Origin: Prevotella sp.
Lineage (GTDB): Bacteria > Bacteroidota > Bacteroidia > Bacteroidales > Bacteroidaceae
Direction: 5' to 3'
DNA: 64,000 nt
Assembly (NCBI GenBank): GCA_021636625.1
Contig: JAJWLX010000004.1
Coordinates: 48,004 to 112,003, forward strand
The position numbers were made by a program, and so were the translations under genes. The first letter of the stretch is position 1. Each line of letters begins with the position of its first letter. The notes beneath the pieces are model-generated. The model searched no databases and was not told where the DNA came from. It saw nothing but the letters and a program-made list of their open reading frames with translations. Below are positions 29,077-38,644 of this stretch, piece after piece.

Positions 29077-31146
29077 ATGGAAATGAAAACTAAAACATTA
29101 TTTGCAGCGATGTCGTTCCTGACAATTTGCTCGATGGATGCCCAGGCACAGATTCCGCAGCAATCTATCCGATGGGATAAGCATAGCCTTATCTTCGATG
29201 GTAAGCGAGTGGTGCCGGTGATGGGCGAGGTACACTATTCACGAATCCCTCAGAATGAGTGGAGAGAGGAAGTAAGGAAGATGAAGCAGGGTGGCGTTAA
29301 CATGATTGCTGCCTATGTGTTCTGGAACCATGTGGAGGAAGTGGAAGGTGTGTTCAACTGGAGTGGACAGCGCAATCTTCGTGGTTTCCTTGAGGTATGT
29401 AAGCAGGAAGAGATGCCGGTGGTTCTCCGACTGGGCCCTTTCTGCCATGGCGAGGTTCGCAATGGTGCCATACCTGACTGGATGTTTACCAAGGGATGCA
29501 AGATGAGAGAGGAGAATACCACTTTCCTGAAATATACAACCGAACTTTATCGTCAGATTTATTCGCAGGTGCAGGGATTGCAGTGGAAAGATGGTGGTCC
29601 GGTAGTTGCGGCACAGTTTGATAACGAATATCGTGGCAGGGGTAGTTATCTGATGGCGCTGAAGAAGATAGCCCAGCAGATAGGTTTCGATTTGCCTTTC
29701 TATACCCGTACTGGATGGCCTGAACTGAAAACGCCGGTGCCTTTCGGCGAGATGGTTCCGCTTTATGGTGACTATGCCGATGGTTTCTGGGAGCGAAGCC
29801 TGAAGGAGACTGCTGGTAATTACTACAAGGCTTTCAACTTCAAGGCTTTCCGAAGCAGTACGGCTATCGCTACCGAACAGCTTGGCAAACAAGAGGCGAA
29901 GATCAACAAGGGGGATGAAGCCTATCCTTATTTCACCTGCGAACTGGGTGGAGGTATGATGACTTCCTATCATCGCCGTCCGTATATTTATCCAGAAGAT
30001 GCGTATTCGCTGGCTATCATCAAGTTGGGTAGCGGAAGCAATCTGCTGGGATATTATATGTATCATGGCGGAACCAATCCTACTGCGATGATGCCGGGTA
30101 ATCTGGACGATGGTAGTGCGGTTTATCTGAATGAAAATCAGCGCACTCAGGCTACCAATTATAATGATATGCCGGTAAAGACGTATGATTTCCAGGCGCC
30201 ATTGGGTGAATTCGGACAGAAGAATCCTCATTATTTCATGCTCAGCAAACTGCATCTCTTTATGCATGATTATGCAGAAGTACTGGCTCCGATGGAGTCT
30301 AGCTTCCCATGCAGTCAGGATATAGAGAAGGGCGATGATTCTCATCTTCGCTGGTCTCTTCGTTCTAAAGATAAGAGCGGTTTTGTATTCATTAATAACT
30401 ATGAGCGATTGCAGCAGTTGTCTGCCAAGAAGAATGTGCAGTTTGAGGTATGCGGCGTGAAGTTCCCTCAGCGTCCGATGACGGTTCCTGCCGGAGCGAT
30501 GTGTATCTTCCCGGTAAATATCGATGGCATCCGCTATGCTACGGCACAGTTGATAGCCAAACGGGATGGAAAAATCTATCTGGAACAGATCAAGGGCATT
30601 CCTACCGAGATAGCTGTGGATGGAAAGGTGCTGAAGAATGTGAAGGCGAAGGGAATCGCCAAGCCGGTTTATAAGAACATCTATCTTGTAGATTCCAAGA
30701 CGGCGGAACATCTGTTCCTGCAGGAGGAAGGAAAATCAATGATGTTACTGGCTCCTTCTTTCAAGAAAATCAAGGAAGCAGAGGGCGTTCGCAAGATAAC
30801 CATGGGTGTGCAGAAAGTAGCAGAGGAACCATCTGATGCCGACTTTAAGAAGGCTGCGGTTTATCAGCTAAATCTTTCGCCTGAAATGCTGCAGGGCAGA
30901 AATCTCCTGAAAATTCAATATCGTGGTGATTGTGCCCGACTTTATTGCGATGGCAAACTGGTGGCTGATAATTTCTATAACGGCCGTCCGTTCCTGATGG
31001 GATTGTGGCGTCTGCCTGCCGATTGTCAGAAGCTGGAACTCCGCATTCTTCCTTTACAGAAGAATATGCCGGTTTATTTCCCTCGCGAAGCGGATGTGGC
31101 GAAGGAGGGAGAAGAAATCGTGAAATTAGAAATTACTCAACAATAA
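29077..31146 (+). CDS. glycoside hydrolase family 35 beta-galactosidase
   Basis: Signal peptide. GH35 catalytic-region GGPVVAAQFDNEY block. Overall GH35 architecture. Confidence 0.85.
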   Translation: MEMKTKTLFAAMSFLTICSMDAQAQIPQQSIRWDKHSLIFDGKRVVPVMGEVHYSRIPQNEWREEVRKMKQGGVNMIAAYVFWNHVEEVEGVFNWSGQRNLRGFLEVCKQEEMPVVLRLGPFCHGEVRNGAIPDWMFTKGCKMREENTTFLKYTTELYRQIYSQVQGLQWKDGGPVVAAQFDNEYRGRGSYLMALKKIAQQIGFDLPFYTRTGWPELKTPVPFGEMVPLYGDYADGFWERSLKETAGNYYKAFNFKAFRSSTAIATEQLGKQEAKINKGDEAYPYFTCELGGGMMTSYHRRPYIYPEDAYSLAIIKLGSGSNLLGYYMYHGGTNPTAMMPGNLDDGSAVYLNENQRTQATNYNDMPVKTYDFQAPLGEFGQKNPHYFMLSKLHLFMHDYAEVLAPMESSFPCSQDIEKGDDSHLRWSLRSKDKSGFVFINNYERLQQLSAKKNVQFEVCGVKFPQRPMTVPAGAMCIFPVNIDGIRYATAQLIAKRDGKIYLEQIKGIPTEIAVDGKVLKNVKAKGIAKPVYKNIYLVDSKTAEHLFLQEEGKSMMLLAPSFKKIKEAEGVRKITMGVQKVAEEPSDADFKKAAVYQLNLSPEMLQGRNLLKIQYRGDCARLYCDGKLVADNFYNGRPFLMGLWRLPADCQKLELRILPLQKNMPVYFPREADVAKEGEEIVKLEITQQ

Positions 31147-34107
31147 ATGATTCTACCATCAATGAGAAATATAGTTTTTATGCTGGGGCTGATGTCTTGT
31201 GCTTCCTTGCAGGCACAGGGCATCAGCTCTAATAACAGAATAGACCTCTCGGGGCAGTGGCGATTCTCGCAGGGAGATGCGCCTACCTATGAGGATGTGC
31301 TCAAGTTGCCGGGGTCGATGCTCACCAACGGCAAGGGTAATGATGTCTGTACCCATACGCAATGGACAGGAAGTCTTTATGATTCTTCCTTCTATTTCAA
31401 TCCTTATATGGAGAAATATCGCCAGGAGGAAGTGCTGGCAAATGGGAAGCATCGCATCAAGGGAACCATGAAGTTTCCTTTCTTCCTCACCCCAGAGAAG
31501 CATTACATCGGCAATGCGTGGTATCGCAAATCGGTGTTTGTGCCTAAGGAGTGGAAGAAGCAGCGCGTAATCCTCAATCTGGAACGTCCTCATATAGAGA
31601 CTTCGGTTTATATCAACGGCAAGTTGGCGGGCAGGGATTCTTCGCTGAGTGTGCCTCATGAGTTTGATGTTACACCTTATATTATATATGGCAAGGATAA
31701 TGAAATCAGCATCAAGGTGTATAATGGCATAGAAAATGTATGCGTGGGTCAGGATTCGCATAGCGTAACCGACCAGACCCAGGGCAACTGGAACGGCATT
31801 ATCGGAAAAATGGAATTGCAGGCGCATCAGCAGCAGTATATCCGTAATCTGCAGGTTTATCCTGATGTAAATGGCAAGCAGATTAAGGTGGTGATGGATG
31901 TGACGGGGAATGCTCAAAAGGCTGATTTCCATTTTGATGTAAGTGGCGTCCAGCATTCGTTTTCTAAAATAAAGAGAGAAAGTGATGGAAAATTCTCCGT
32001 CATTATTCCGATGGGCGAGGATATCAGGCTTTGGGATGAATTCCATCCGAATCTTTATACCCTGACTGCCACGATGGGCAAGGAATCTATCAGTACCACC
32101 TTTGGTATGAGCGAGATCTCCATCGAAGGCCGACAGTTTTATATGAACGGCAAGAAGATTTGGATGCGTGGAACCGTGGGCAACTGCTGTTTCCCGGAAA
32201 CCGGTTATCCGCCAACCGATGAGGCTTCGTGGCTCCGTATTTTCAGAAAATGCAAGGAATATGGACTCAATATGATGCGATTCCATTCTTATTGTCCTCC
32301 CGAGGCAGCTTTCTCGGCAGCCGATCAGGTGGGAATCTATCTTCAGCCCGAAGGTCCATCTTGGCCAAATCATGGTGTGAAGTTGGGCAATGGTATGACC
32401 ATCGACCATTATCTGATGCAGGAAACTCAGCGAATGGTTGAGAAATATGGCAATCATCCTAGCTTCTGCATGCTTGCTGCGGGCAATGAACCTGCGGGAA
32501 ACTGGGTGAAATGGGTAGGCAACTTTGTGGAAGAATGGAAGAAAACAGGCGATAAGCGACGTGTATATTGTGGTGCATCCGTTGGTGGCGGTTGGGCTTG
32601 GGACCCGAAGAGCGAGTATCATGTAAAGGGTGGTGCGCGCGGATTGGATTGGGACAAGAAGGCTCCGCAATCGGAAGACAACTTCGATGGGGATATGGTT
32701 CGTGTGGTTCAGAAGGGAAGAACGCCGATTACCTTTGATGTGAACGAGCCAAGATTGACCCACGAGATGGGGCAGTGGTGCGCTTTTCCTGATTTCAAGG
32801 AGATTTCGCAATATACGGGAGCCTATAAGGCCCGCAACTTCGAGATCTTTTCTGATTTGCTGAGAGATAACGGTATGGCGAGTCAGGCTGAGAAATTCCT
32901 TCATGCCAGCGGTAAGTTGCAGACCTTGGCATATAAGTATGATTTGGAGCGTAACCTGCGAACCAAGGATTATGCGGGCTTCCAGTTGCTGGGCTTGAAC
33001 GATTATAGCGGACAGGGCACTGCTCTTGTGGGCGTATTGAATGTGCATTGGAAGGAAAAGGGATATTGTGATGCCAGGGATTGGACGGAGTTCTGTTCGC
33101 CAATTGTTCCTCTGGCCAAGTTCTCGCAATTCGTTTTCTCTTCAGAAAACAAGTTGCAGGTTCCTGTGGAACTCTATAATGCGTATCATGAACCGCTGCA
33201 GAATGCTGAGGTTACATACGAGGTGAAGGACGAAAAACAGCAGGTTTTGGCTTCAGGAAAATTAGGAAAGTCTTCGCTTCCAGGTAATTCGTTTGCTGAT
33301 AATCAGAATTCGCTTCCAGTGGGTAAGAACATCGGTTTAGGCGATGTATCCCTGGATTTCCCTCATCTCCATATTCCGTCTCCATCGCAATTGGTCTTGG
33401 AGATTCAGGTGAAGTCTTCCAATGCTCCTGTAGCCCGTAACCATTGGGATTTCTGGGTATATCCATCTCAGATAGAGATGCCGAATACCAAGGCGCTTAA
33501 GGATATCTATATTGCTGATAGTCTGGATGCCAAGGCACAGAAGGTGTTGCAGAAGGGTGGCAAGGTGCTGCTTCTGGCTGCCGGAAAGGTGAAGATGGGC
33601 GAAGATGTGAAGCAAACCTATCTGCCGGTGTTCTGGAACACCAGTTGGTTTAAGATGCGTCCGCCTCATACCACGGGTGCTACCATCGACAAGGCTCATC
33701 CACTCTTCAGAAATTTCCCTACGGATGACTGGGCAAACCTGAACTGGTGGGAGTTGCTGAACAAGGCGCAGGTGATGAATCTCCGTGAGTTCCCGAAGGA
33801 TTATCAGCCGGCAATCCAGCCGATAGATACCTGGCACGTGAGCCGAAAGCTCGGTATGATGATTGAAGCCAAGGTGGGTAAGGGCAAGCTGCTGATGACT
33901 ACGATGGATGTAACCAGCGACTTGGAACATCGCCTGGTGGCAAACCAGATGCGTTATGCCATCCTGAAGTATATGATGAACGAGGATTTCCAGCCGGCAA
34001 TAGAGGTGGATAAGCAGGTGATTGAAAATCTCTTCACGAAATCGGCGCCACCCGTGAATATGTTTACCAAGGATTCTCCAGATGAACTGAAGCCGAAGCT
34101 GAAGTAA
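31147..34107 (+). CDS. glycoside hydrolase family 2 protein (beta-galactosidase / glycosidase-like)
   Basis: Signal peptide. GH2 sugar-binding domain DLSGQWRF...WYRKSVFVPKEWKKQRVILNLERPHIETSVYINGKLAG. TIM-barrel region with NEP. Confidence 0.75.
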   Translation: MILPSMRNIVFMLGLMSCASLQAQGISSNNRIDLSGQWRFSQGDAPTYEDVLKLPGSMLTNGKGNDVCTHTQWTGSLYDSSFYFNPYMEKYRQEEVLANGKHRIKGTMKFPFFLTPEKHYIGNAWYRKSVFVPKEWKKQRVILNLERPHIETSVYINGKLAGRDSSLSVPHEFDVTPYIIYGKDNEISIKVYNGIENVCVGQDSHSVTDQTQGNWNGIIGKMELQAHQQQYIRNLQVYPDVNGKQIKVVMDVTGNAQKADFHFDVSGVQHSFSKIKRESDGKFSVIIPMGEDIRLWDEFHPNLYTLTATMGKESISTTFGMSEISIEGRQFYMNGKKIWMRGTVGNCCFPETGYPPTDEASWLRIFRKCKEYGLNMMRFHSYCPPEAAFSAADQVGIYLQPEGPSWPNHGVKLGNGMTIDHYLMQETQRMVEKYGNHPSFCMLAAGNEPAGNWVKWVGNFVEEWKKTGDKRRVYCGASVGGGWAWDPKSEYHVKGGARGLDWDKKAPQSEDNFDGDMVRVVQKGRTPITFDVNEPRLTHEMGQWCAFPDFKEISQYTGAYKARNFEIFSDLLRDNGMASQAEKFLHASGKLQTLAYKYDLERNLRTKDYAGFQLLGLNDYSGQGTALVGVLNVHWKEKGYCDARDWTEFCSPIVPLAKFSQFVFSSENKLQVPVELYNAYHEPLQNAEVTYEVKDEKQQVLASGKLGKSSLPGNSFADNQNSLPVGKNIGLGDVSLDFPHLHIPSPSQLVLEIQVKSSNAPVARNHWDFWVYPSQIEMPNTKALKDIYIADSLDAKAQKVLQKGGKVLLLAAGKVKMGEDVKQTYLPVFWNTSWFKMRPPHTTGATIDKAHPLFRNFPTDDWANLNWWELLNKAQVMNLREFPKDYQPAIQPIDTWHVSRKLGMMIEAKVGKGKLLMTTMDVTSDLEHRLVANQMRYAILKYMMNEDFQPAIEVDKQVIENLFTKSAPPVNMFTKDSPDELKPKLK

Positions 34108-34155
34108 GGAAGATAATGTAATGTAAATATAAGGCGAGATATAGCTCGAGTAATG

Positions 34156-34194
34156 AGGCAAATGCTGGATAGTAAACTGGCATTTGCCTTTTTC
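34156..34194. terminator. terminator between the convergent GH2 and GH28 genes
   Basis: aggcaaatgc (14-nt loop) gcatttgcct followed by ttttt. Confidence 0.7.
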
Positions 34195-34237
34195 TTTCAG
34201 TTACCTTTTTACCTTTTTACTTTTTATTACCTCTATC

Positions 34238-35689
34238 TTACTTTTTGATGACCAGTTTGCTTCCTTTCTGAACATCCGCCTTGATATTGGTGATGCGCTC
34301 GTTCTTCACATCATCCAGCATGATGGCTGGGCGATAATCGGGCTTCATCGTAGTGAAGCTCACATTATCTACTTCTATGCCATCCACGTGGCGGGCGTAG
34401 AGACCGAAGGCTGGAGTTTCTTTCGCAAATCTGGGCTCAGGGTAGTTGGTGCCTTGTTCTCTATATTCCTTTTTCGCCAGTTCTGCCTTGCCACCGCCAC
34501 GATATTGCAGGCGGATATTGCTCAGCGAGATGTTGCGGAGTGGCAGACCAGGCATACCGGTAACGATGATGCCGGCAAGGGAATCTACATCGTTGGCAAT
34601 GACATTGCTGATCATGATGTCGCGACCGGTAGAAACGGTGGTGCGCTCCTTAGGACCACGGTTTCGGCAACCGGTGGTAATGTAGATAGGGTAGTGATGA
34701 ACATGATTCATGGTGATATTATTCACCACGATATTCTCCATCAATCCCTGATCGACTTCCTCGAACGCCAGACCGCTGCTATACATAAAGGTGCAGTTGC
34801 TCAAAGAAATATTCCTGTATCCGCCATTCGATTCCGTGCCGAGCTTGAAGCGGCCGCATACCCAGTTTACCTTTTCCGGAATATAAGTGCCATCCAGGAA
34901 TGTGCCAAACTTGTAACCCGTAATCACACAGTTGGTAATGGCGATATGCTCTGTTAAAACAGGTTTCTTCAGGGCATAGGAACTTTTCAATACCAGGGCA
35001 TCATCGTGAGGCGTATTGATTTTGCAGTTGCTGATAGTGAGATACTTGCAGCAGTCTATATCGAAGCCGTCACGATTGGTATCAATGATGACATTATCCA
35101 CGGTGCCGAGTTCACATCCCGTTAGGATGATGCCGAAGTGACCACCCCGATAGATGGTGACATCACGAATCAGAATATTACGGCATTGCTTCAGGGCGAT
35201 GGCCTTATCGCCCGTTCCTATGTTGCCACCCTGTAGGTTACCGCCTTTTTCGGTATCTCTTCTGGTGAGACCTTCGCCATCAATCATACCTCTGCCTGTG
35301 ATGGATACATCATTGGCACCGATGGCATAGATGAGGCTGTTTTTAAAATAAGTATGTCCGCCGTCCTGATAAGCTGTGCCTTCAAAAACCTCAGCTTCAT
35401 CATAGGCTTTCATCGAAGCCGGAGCTGCGAGAATCTTGGAACCAGCCATCAGATGCAGTTCCACATGGTTCTTCATACGGATGCTTCCGCAGAGATAAGT
35501 GCCGGCAGGCAGAACTACTCGTCCTCCACCATGTGCCACGCAGGAATCAATAGCGGTATTGATAGCATGATGGTCGAGAACCTTTCCATTGCCGATGGCA
35601 CCGAAATCTTTCACATTGTAGTCTTTTGCCTGCATGCTTGTCATTGCAAGCGCCAGGAGACATAAGAGTGTAGAAATTCTTTTTTTCAT
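34238..35689 (-). CDS. glycoside hydrolase family 28 (polygalacturonase/rhamnogalacturonase-like)
   Basis: Signal peptide. KDFGAIGNGKVLDHHAINTAIDSC N-terminal GH28 signature. Parallel beta-helix repeats. Confidence 0.85.
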   Translation of the reverse strand: MKKRISTLLCLLALAMTSMQAKDYNVKDFGAIGNGKVLDHHAINTAIDSCVAHGGGRVVLPAGTYLCGSIRMKNHVELHLMAGSKILAAPASMKAYDEAEVFEGTAYQDGGHTYFKNSLIYAIGANDVSITGRGMIDGEGLTRRDTEKGGNLQGGNIGTGDKAIALKQCRNILIRDVTIYRGGHFGIILTGCELGTVDNVIIDTNRDGFDIDCCKYLTISNCKINTPHDDALVLKSSYALKKPVLTEHIAITNCVITGYKFGTFLDGTYIPEKVNWVCGRFKLGTESNGGYRNISLSNCTFMYSSGLAFEEVDQGLMENIVVNNITMNHVHHYPIYITTGCRNRGPKERTTVSTGRDIMISNVIANDVDSLAGIIVTGMPGLPLRNISLSNIRLQYRGGGKAELAKKEYREQGTNYPEPRFAKETPAFGLYARHVDGIEVDNVSFTTMKPDYRPAIMLDDVKNERITNIKADVQKGSKLVIKK

Positions 35690-35810
35690 TGCTTTTTTTG
35701 ATCGTTAGTTTTATTATATTTGCAAAGATAATGTTTTTTTTCGAAAAACAGTTACGAATATCGTCCAACTATCACTCATTATTGTTCATGTTGTGTTCTG
35801 ATGAGAAAGA

Positions 35811-35850
35811 TAAAAAGGGTGTGACTAATCAACTAGTCACACCCTTTTTC
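35811..35850. terminator. terminator downstream of feoAB (symmetric hairpin)
   Basis: aaagggtgtgacta atcaac tagtcacaccctttttc. Confidence 0.65.
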
Positions 35851-35868
35851 TGATTTCATGTTGTTATG

Positions 35869-38400
35869 TTATATGAACAAGCTTCCTATCTGGAAGACCA
35901 GAGCTGATACTACCCATGCCAGGAGCGTGGTGTAGCCGGCGGCGAAGCCTGCCCATTTCCAACTGCCTGTCTCTCCCTTGATGGCGGCGATGGTGGCGAT
36001 GCAAGGGAAGTAGAGCAACACGAAGAGGAGGAAGCAATAGGCGGTGAGCGTTGCCTTCGCTGCTGCCTCGGCATCGCTGTAACCGTAGGTCTTCTTCAGG
36101 TCAGAAGTCATCTGCTTCTTCAAAACCTCATATTTTCCGTCTTCATCGTTGTAATCCTGATCGTCAGAGAAACTGTCGTTGTTGCTGTAGAGCACACCCA
36201 TCGTTGAGGCTACAATCTCCTTGGCACCTACACCGGATACCAGACCCACATCCAGTTTCCAGTCGAATCCCTGTGGGGTGAAGATAGGTTCGATGGTCTT
36301 ACCGATTCTGCCGATATAGCTCTGCTCCTGCTGAGCCTGGTTGTCAAGTTCCTCATTGTGAGGGAAGTAGCCCAAAGCCCAGACGATGATACTTGCCACG
36401 AGGATGATGCCACCCATCTTCTTCAGATACTGCTTACCCTTTTCCCAGGTATGGCGGCCTATCGCCTTCCAGGTAGGGAAGCGGTAAGGAGGCAACTCCA
36501 TCACGAATGGGGTATCTTCGCCCTTCACTACGAAACTGGCAAAGATGCGGCTCAATATCACGGCAAGGAAGATGCCGATGAGATAGAGCGATACCATAAT
36601 GAGTGAACGGTATTGGATGGCAAAGAATGTTCCGATGACCATGATGTAGATTGGCAGACGAGCCGAACAGCTCATCAATGGCAATATCAGCATCGTAATC
36701 AGACGGGAACGGTGACTCTCGATGGTTCTTGTCGCCATTACCGCAGGTACGTTACATCCGAATCCCATAATCAGTGGGATGAATGACTTGCCATGCAGGC
36801 CCATCTTGTGCATCAGCTTATCCATGATGAAGGCTGCACGAGCCATATATCCAGAATCCTCCATATAAGAGATGAAGAAATACAGAATGAGAATCTGTGG
36901 CAGGAACACGATTACGGCACCTACACCACCAATCACACCATCTACCAGCATATCCTTTACTGGTCCATCCGGCATCGTATTGCTGATGAATTCACCCAGC
37001 CATGCCACGCCGTCCTCAATCCATCCCTTAGGAATCTCGCCCAGCACGAAGGTGGCTGAGAACATGATGAACAGAAGGAGGACGAAGATTGGGAAGCCTA
37101 CATATTTATTGGTCAGGATGCTGTCGATGAGATGGGTTACCTGATAGGTATCCTTTGCCTTACCCGGTTCATAGCCCGCTTCCTGCAATGCGCCATGAAT
37201 GAAACCGTATTTGGCATCCATGATGGCGGTTTCGCTATCTTCCAGAGTCTCTTCCTTCACACGCTTGGCTGCCTCATTGCGGGCTGCGAAGATTTCCTTG
37301 GCCGATTTCAGATGACTAACGTATTCCTCAGCGTGCTTATCATTCTCCAACAACTTGATGGAGAGGTAACGTGTAGAGTAGCGCTGGCGGATGGAGTCAT
37401 CTGCCTTCAGATATTTCTGGATATGTTCGATGCCATGCTCTATCTCATGTCCGTGGTTGATGTGGATATGGCGATAGTGAGCGCTGGAATCTTCCTTGCC
37501 TTCGTAGAGTTCGATGATGGTCTCGAAGAGCTTATCCACGCCTCGACCATTGGTGAAGACGGTAGGAATCATCGAGATACCGAAGAGTTCGCCCAGTTTG
37601 TCGTAGTCGATGTTATCTCCACGCTTCTCGGTTTCATCAAACATGTTGAGGGCGCACACCATGCGGATGTGCATGTCTATCAACTGGGTGGTGAGATAGA
37701 GGTTGCGCTCCAGGTTGCTGGTGTCGATGACGTTGATAACGATATCCGGCGTATGCTCGATGAGCTGCTTGCGCACATAAAGCTCTTCCGGAGAATAGGC
37801 AGAAAGGGAATAGGTGCCCGGCAAATCTACCAGATTGAAGTGATAGCCGTTGTATTCGGCTTCGCCTACCTTGGCATCCACGGTTACTCCGCTATAGTTG
37901 CCCACACGTTCGTGAGCACCCGATGCGAAGTTGAACAATGAAGTCTTTCCGCAGTTTGGATTTCCCACCAGTGCCACGTTGATGACGCGGTGGAGTCTTT
38001 CTGCTTCCTGTTCAGCCAGGGCTTCGTTGCTGGCATTGTCTTTTCTTTCAGCTACGAGCATCTTGTCGCCGAGCGCCTGCTCGTCGCTATCGTTGGAATC
38101 TACTACTTTTGAGTCAATTACCTGTTGGCGGTCTTCTTCTTCCGCCTTGCTGAGCTTTGCATCATGCTTGGCTTCATCAATGGAAACCACCTCTATATGG
38201 TCGGCTTCGCTGTGGCGGAGTGACACCTCGTAACCCATAATCTTGTATTTCACTGGGTCCTGGAGTGGGGCGTTAAGGAGCACATCTACCTTCTTGCCCT
38301 TGATGAATCCCATCTCGATGACTCTCTTGCGGAAGCCACCGTGACCGGATACCTTGACGATGACTCCACTTTCACCTGTTTTAAGTTCTGATAATTTCAT
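35869..38400 (-). CDS. feoB: ferrous iron transporter, FeoA-FeoB fusion
   Basis: N-terminal FeoA-like region (MKLSELKTGESGVIVKV...). G-domain VALVGNPNCGKTSLFN. Large C-terminal membrane domain. 843 aa. Confidence 0.9.
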   Translation of the reverse strand: MKLSELKTGESGVIVKVSGHGGFRKRVIEMGFIKGKKVDVLLNAPLQDPVKYKIMGYEVSLRHSEADHIEVVSIDEAKHDAKLSKAEEEDRQQVIDSKVVDSNDSDEQALGDKMLVAERKDNASNEALAEQEAERLHRVINVALVGNPNCGKTSLFNFASGAHERVGNYSGVTVDAKVGEAEYNGYHFNLVDLPGTYSLSAYSPEELYVRKQLIEHTPDIVINVIDTSNLERNLYLTTQLIDMHIRMVCALNMFDETEKRGDNIDYDKLGELFGISMIPTVFTNGRGVDKLFETIIELYEGKEDSSAHYRHIHINHGHEIEHGIEHIQKYLKADDSIRQRYSTRYLSIKLLENDKHAEEYVSHLKSAKEIFAARNEAAKRVKEETLEDSETAIMDAKYGFIHGALQEAGYEPGKAKDTYQVTHLIDSILTNKYVGFPIFVLLLFIMFSATFVLGEIPKGWIEDGVAWLGEFISNTMPDGPVKDMLVDGVIGGVGAVIVFLPQILILYFFISYMEDSGYMARAAFIMDKLMHKMGLHGKSFIPLIMGFGCNVPAVMATRTIESHRSRLITMLILPLMSCSARLPIYIMVIGTFFAIQYRSLIMVSLYLIGIFLAVILSRIFASFVVKGEDTPFVMELPPYRFPTWKAIGRHTWEKGKQYLKKMGGIILVASIIVWALGYFPHNEELDNQAQQEQSYIGRIGKTIEPIFTPQGFDWKLDVGLVSGVGAKEIVASTMGVLYSNNDSFSDDQDYNDEDGKYEVLKKQMTSDLKKTYGYSDAEAAAKATLTAYCFLLFVLLYFPCIATIAAIKGETGSWKWAGFAAGYTTLLAWVVSALVFQIGSLFI

Positions 38401-38522
38401 ATATCTTTCCTTGTTTTAATCTTGTTCTTTTCTTTGGGGCATGACCTCATGGTCAGCTTTTTTTCTTTTCGACTGCAAAAATACTAATAATTATTTGCAA
38501 CTTGGTAGCAATGATGTAGTTT

Positions 38523-38572
38523 TATAACAAAAATACCTAGAAATGATGAGAGTATCATCAAATCTAGGTATT
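38523..38572 (-). terminator. secA terminator: 40-bp nested palindrome with a U-tract on the minus strand. It also lies about 130-170 bp upstream of feoAB.
   Basis: AATACCTAGAaaTGATGAgagtaTCATCAaaTCTAGGTATT. On the minus strand it is followed by ttttgttat. Confidence 0.5.
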
Positions 38573-38644
38573 CTTATCATTATTTCTGATGATGAATGTC
38601 CTTATACCTTATTATATGTATAAGAGCATCATCATTTTCTGTGA

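Noticed and set aside
29239-30711. 490-aa minus-strand ORF inside the GH35 gene
   Set aside because: Antisense shadow ORF. GH35 motifs are present on the plus strand.
31159-33129. 656-aa minus-strand ORF
   Set aside because: It is entirely antisense to the GH2 gene, which carries clear family signatures. It is a shadow ORF.
35706-35731. Plus-strand TAtaTTTG promoter-like box downstream of feoAB
   Set aside because: There is no plus-strand gene downstream. The same palindromic TTTGCAAA core reads TAtcTTTG on the minus strand, where it serves the GH28 gene.
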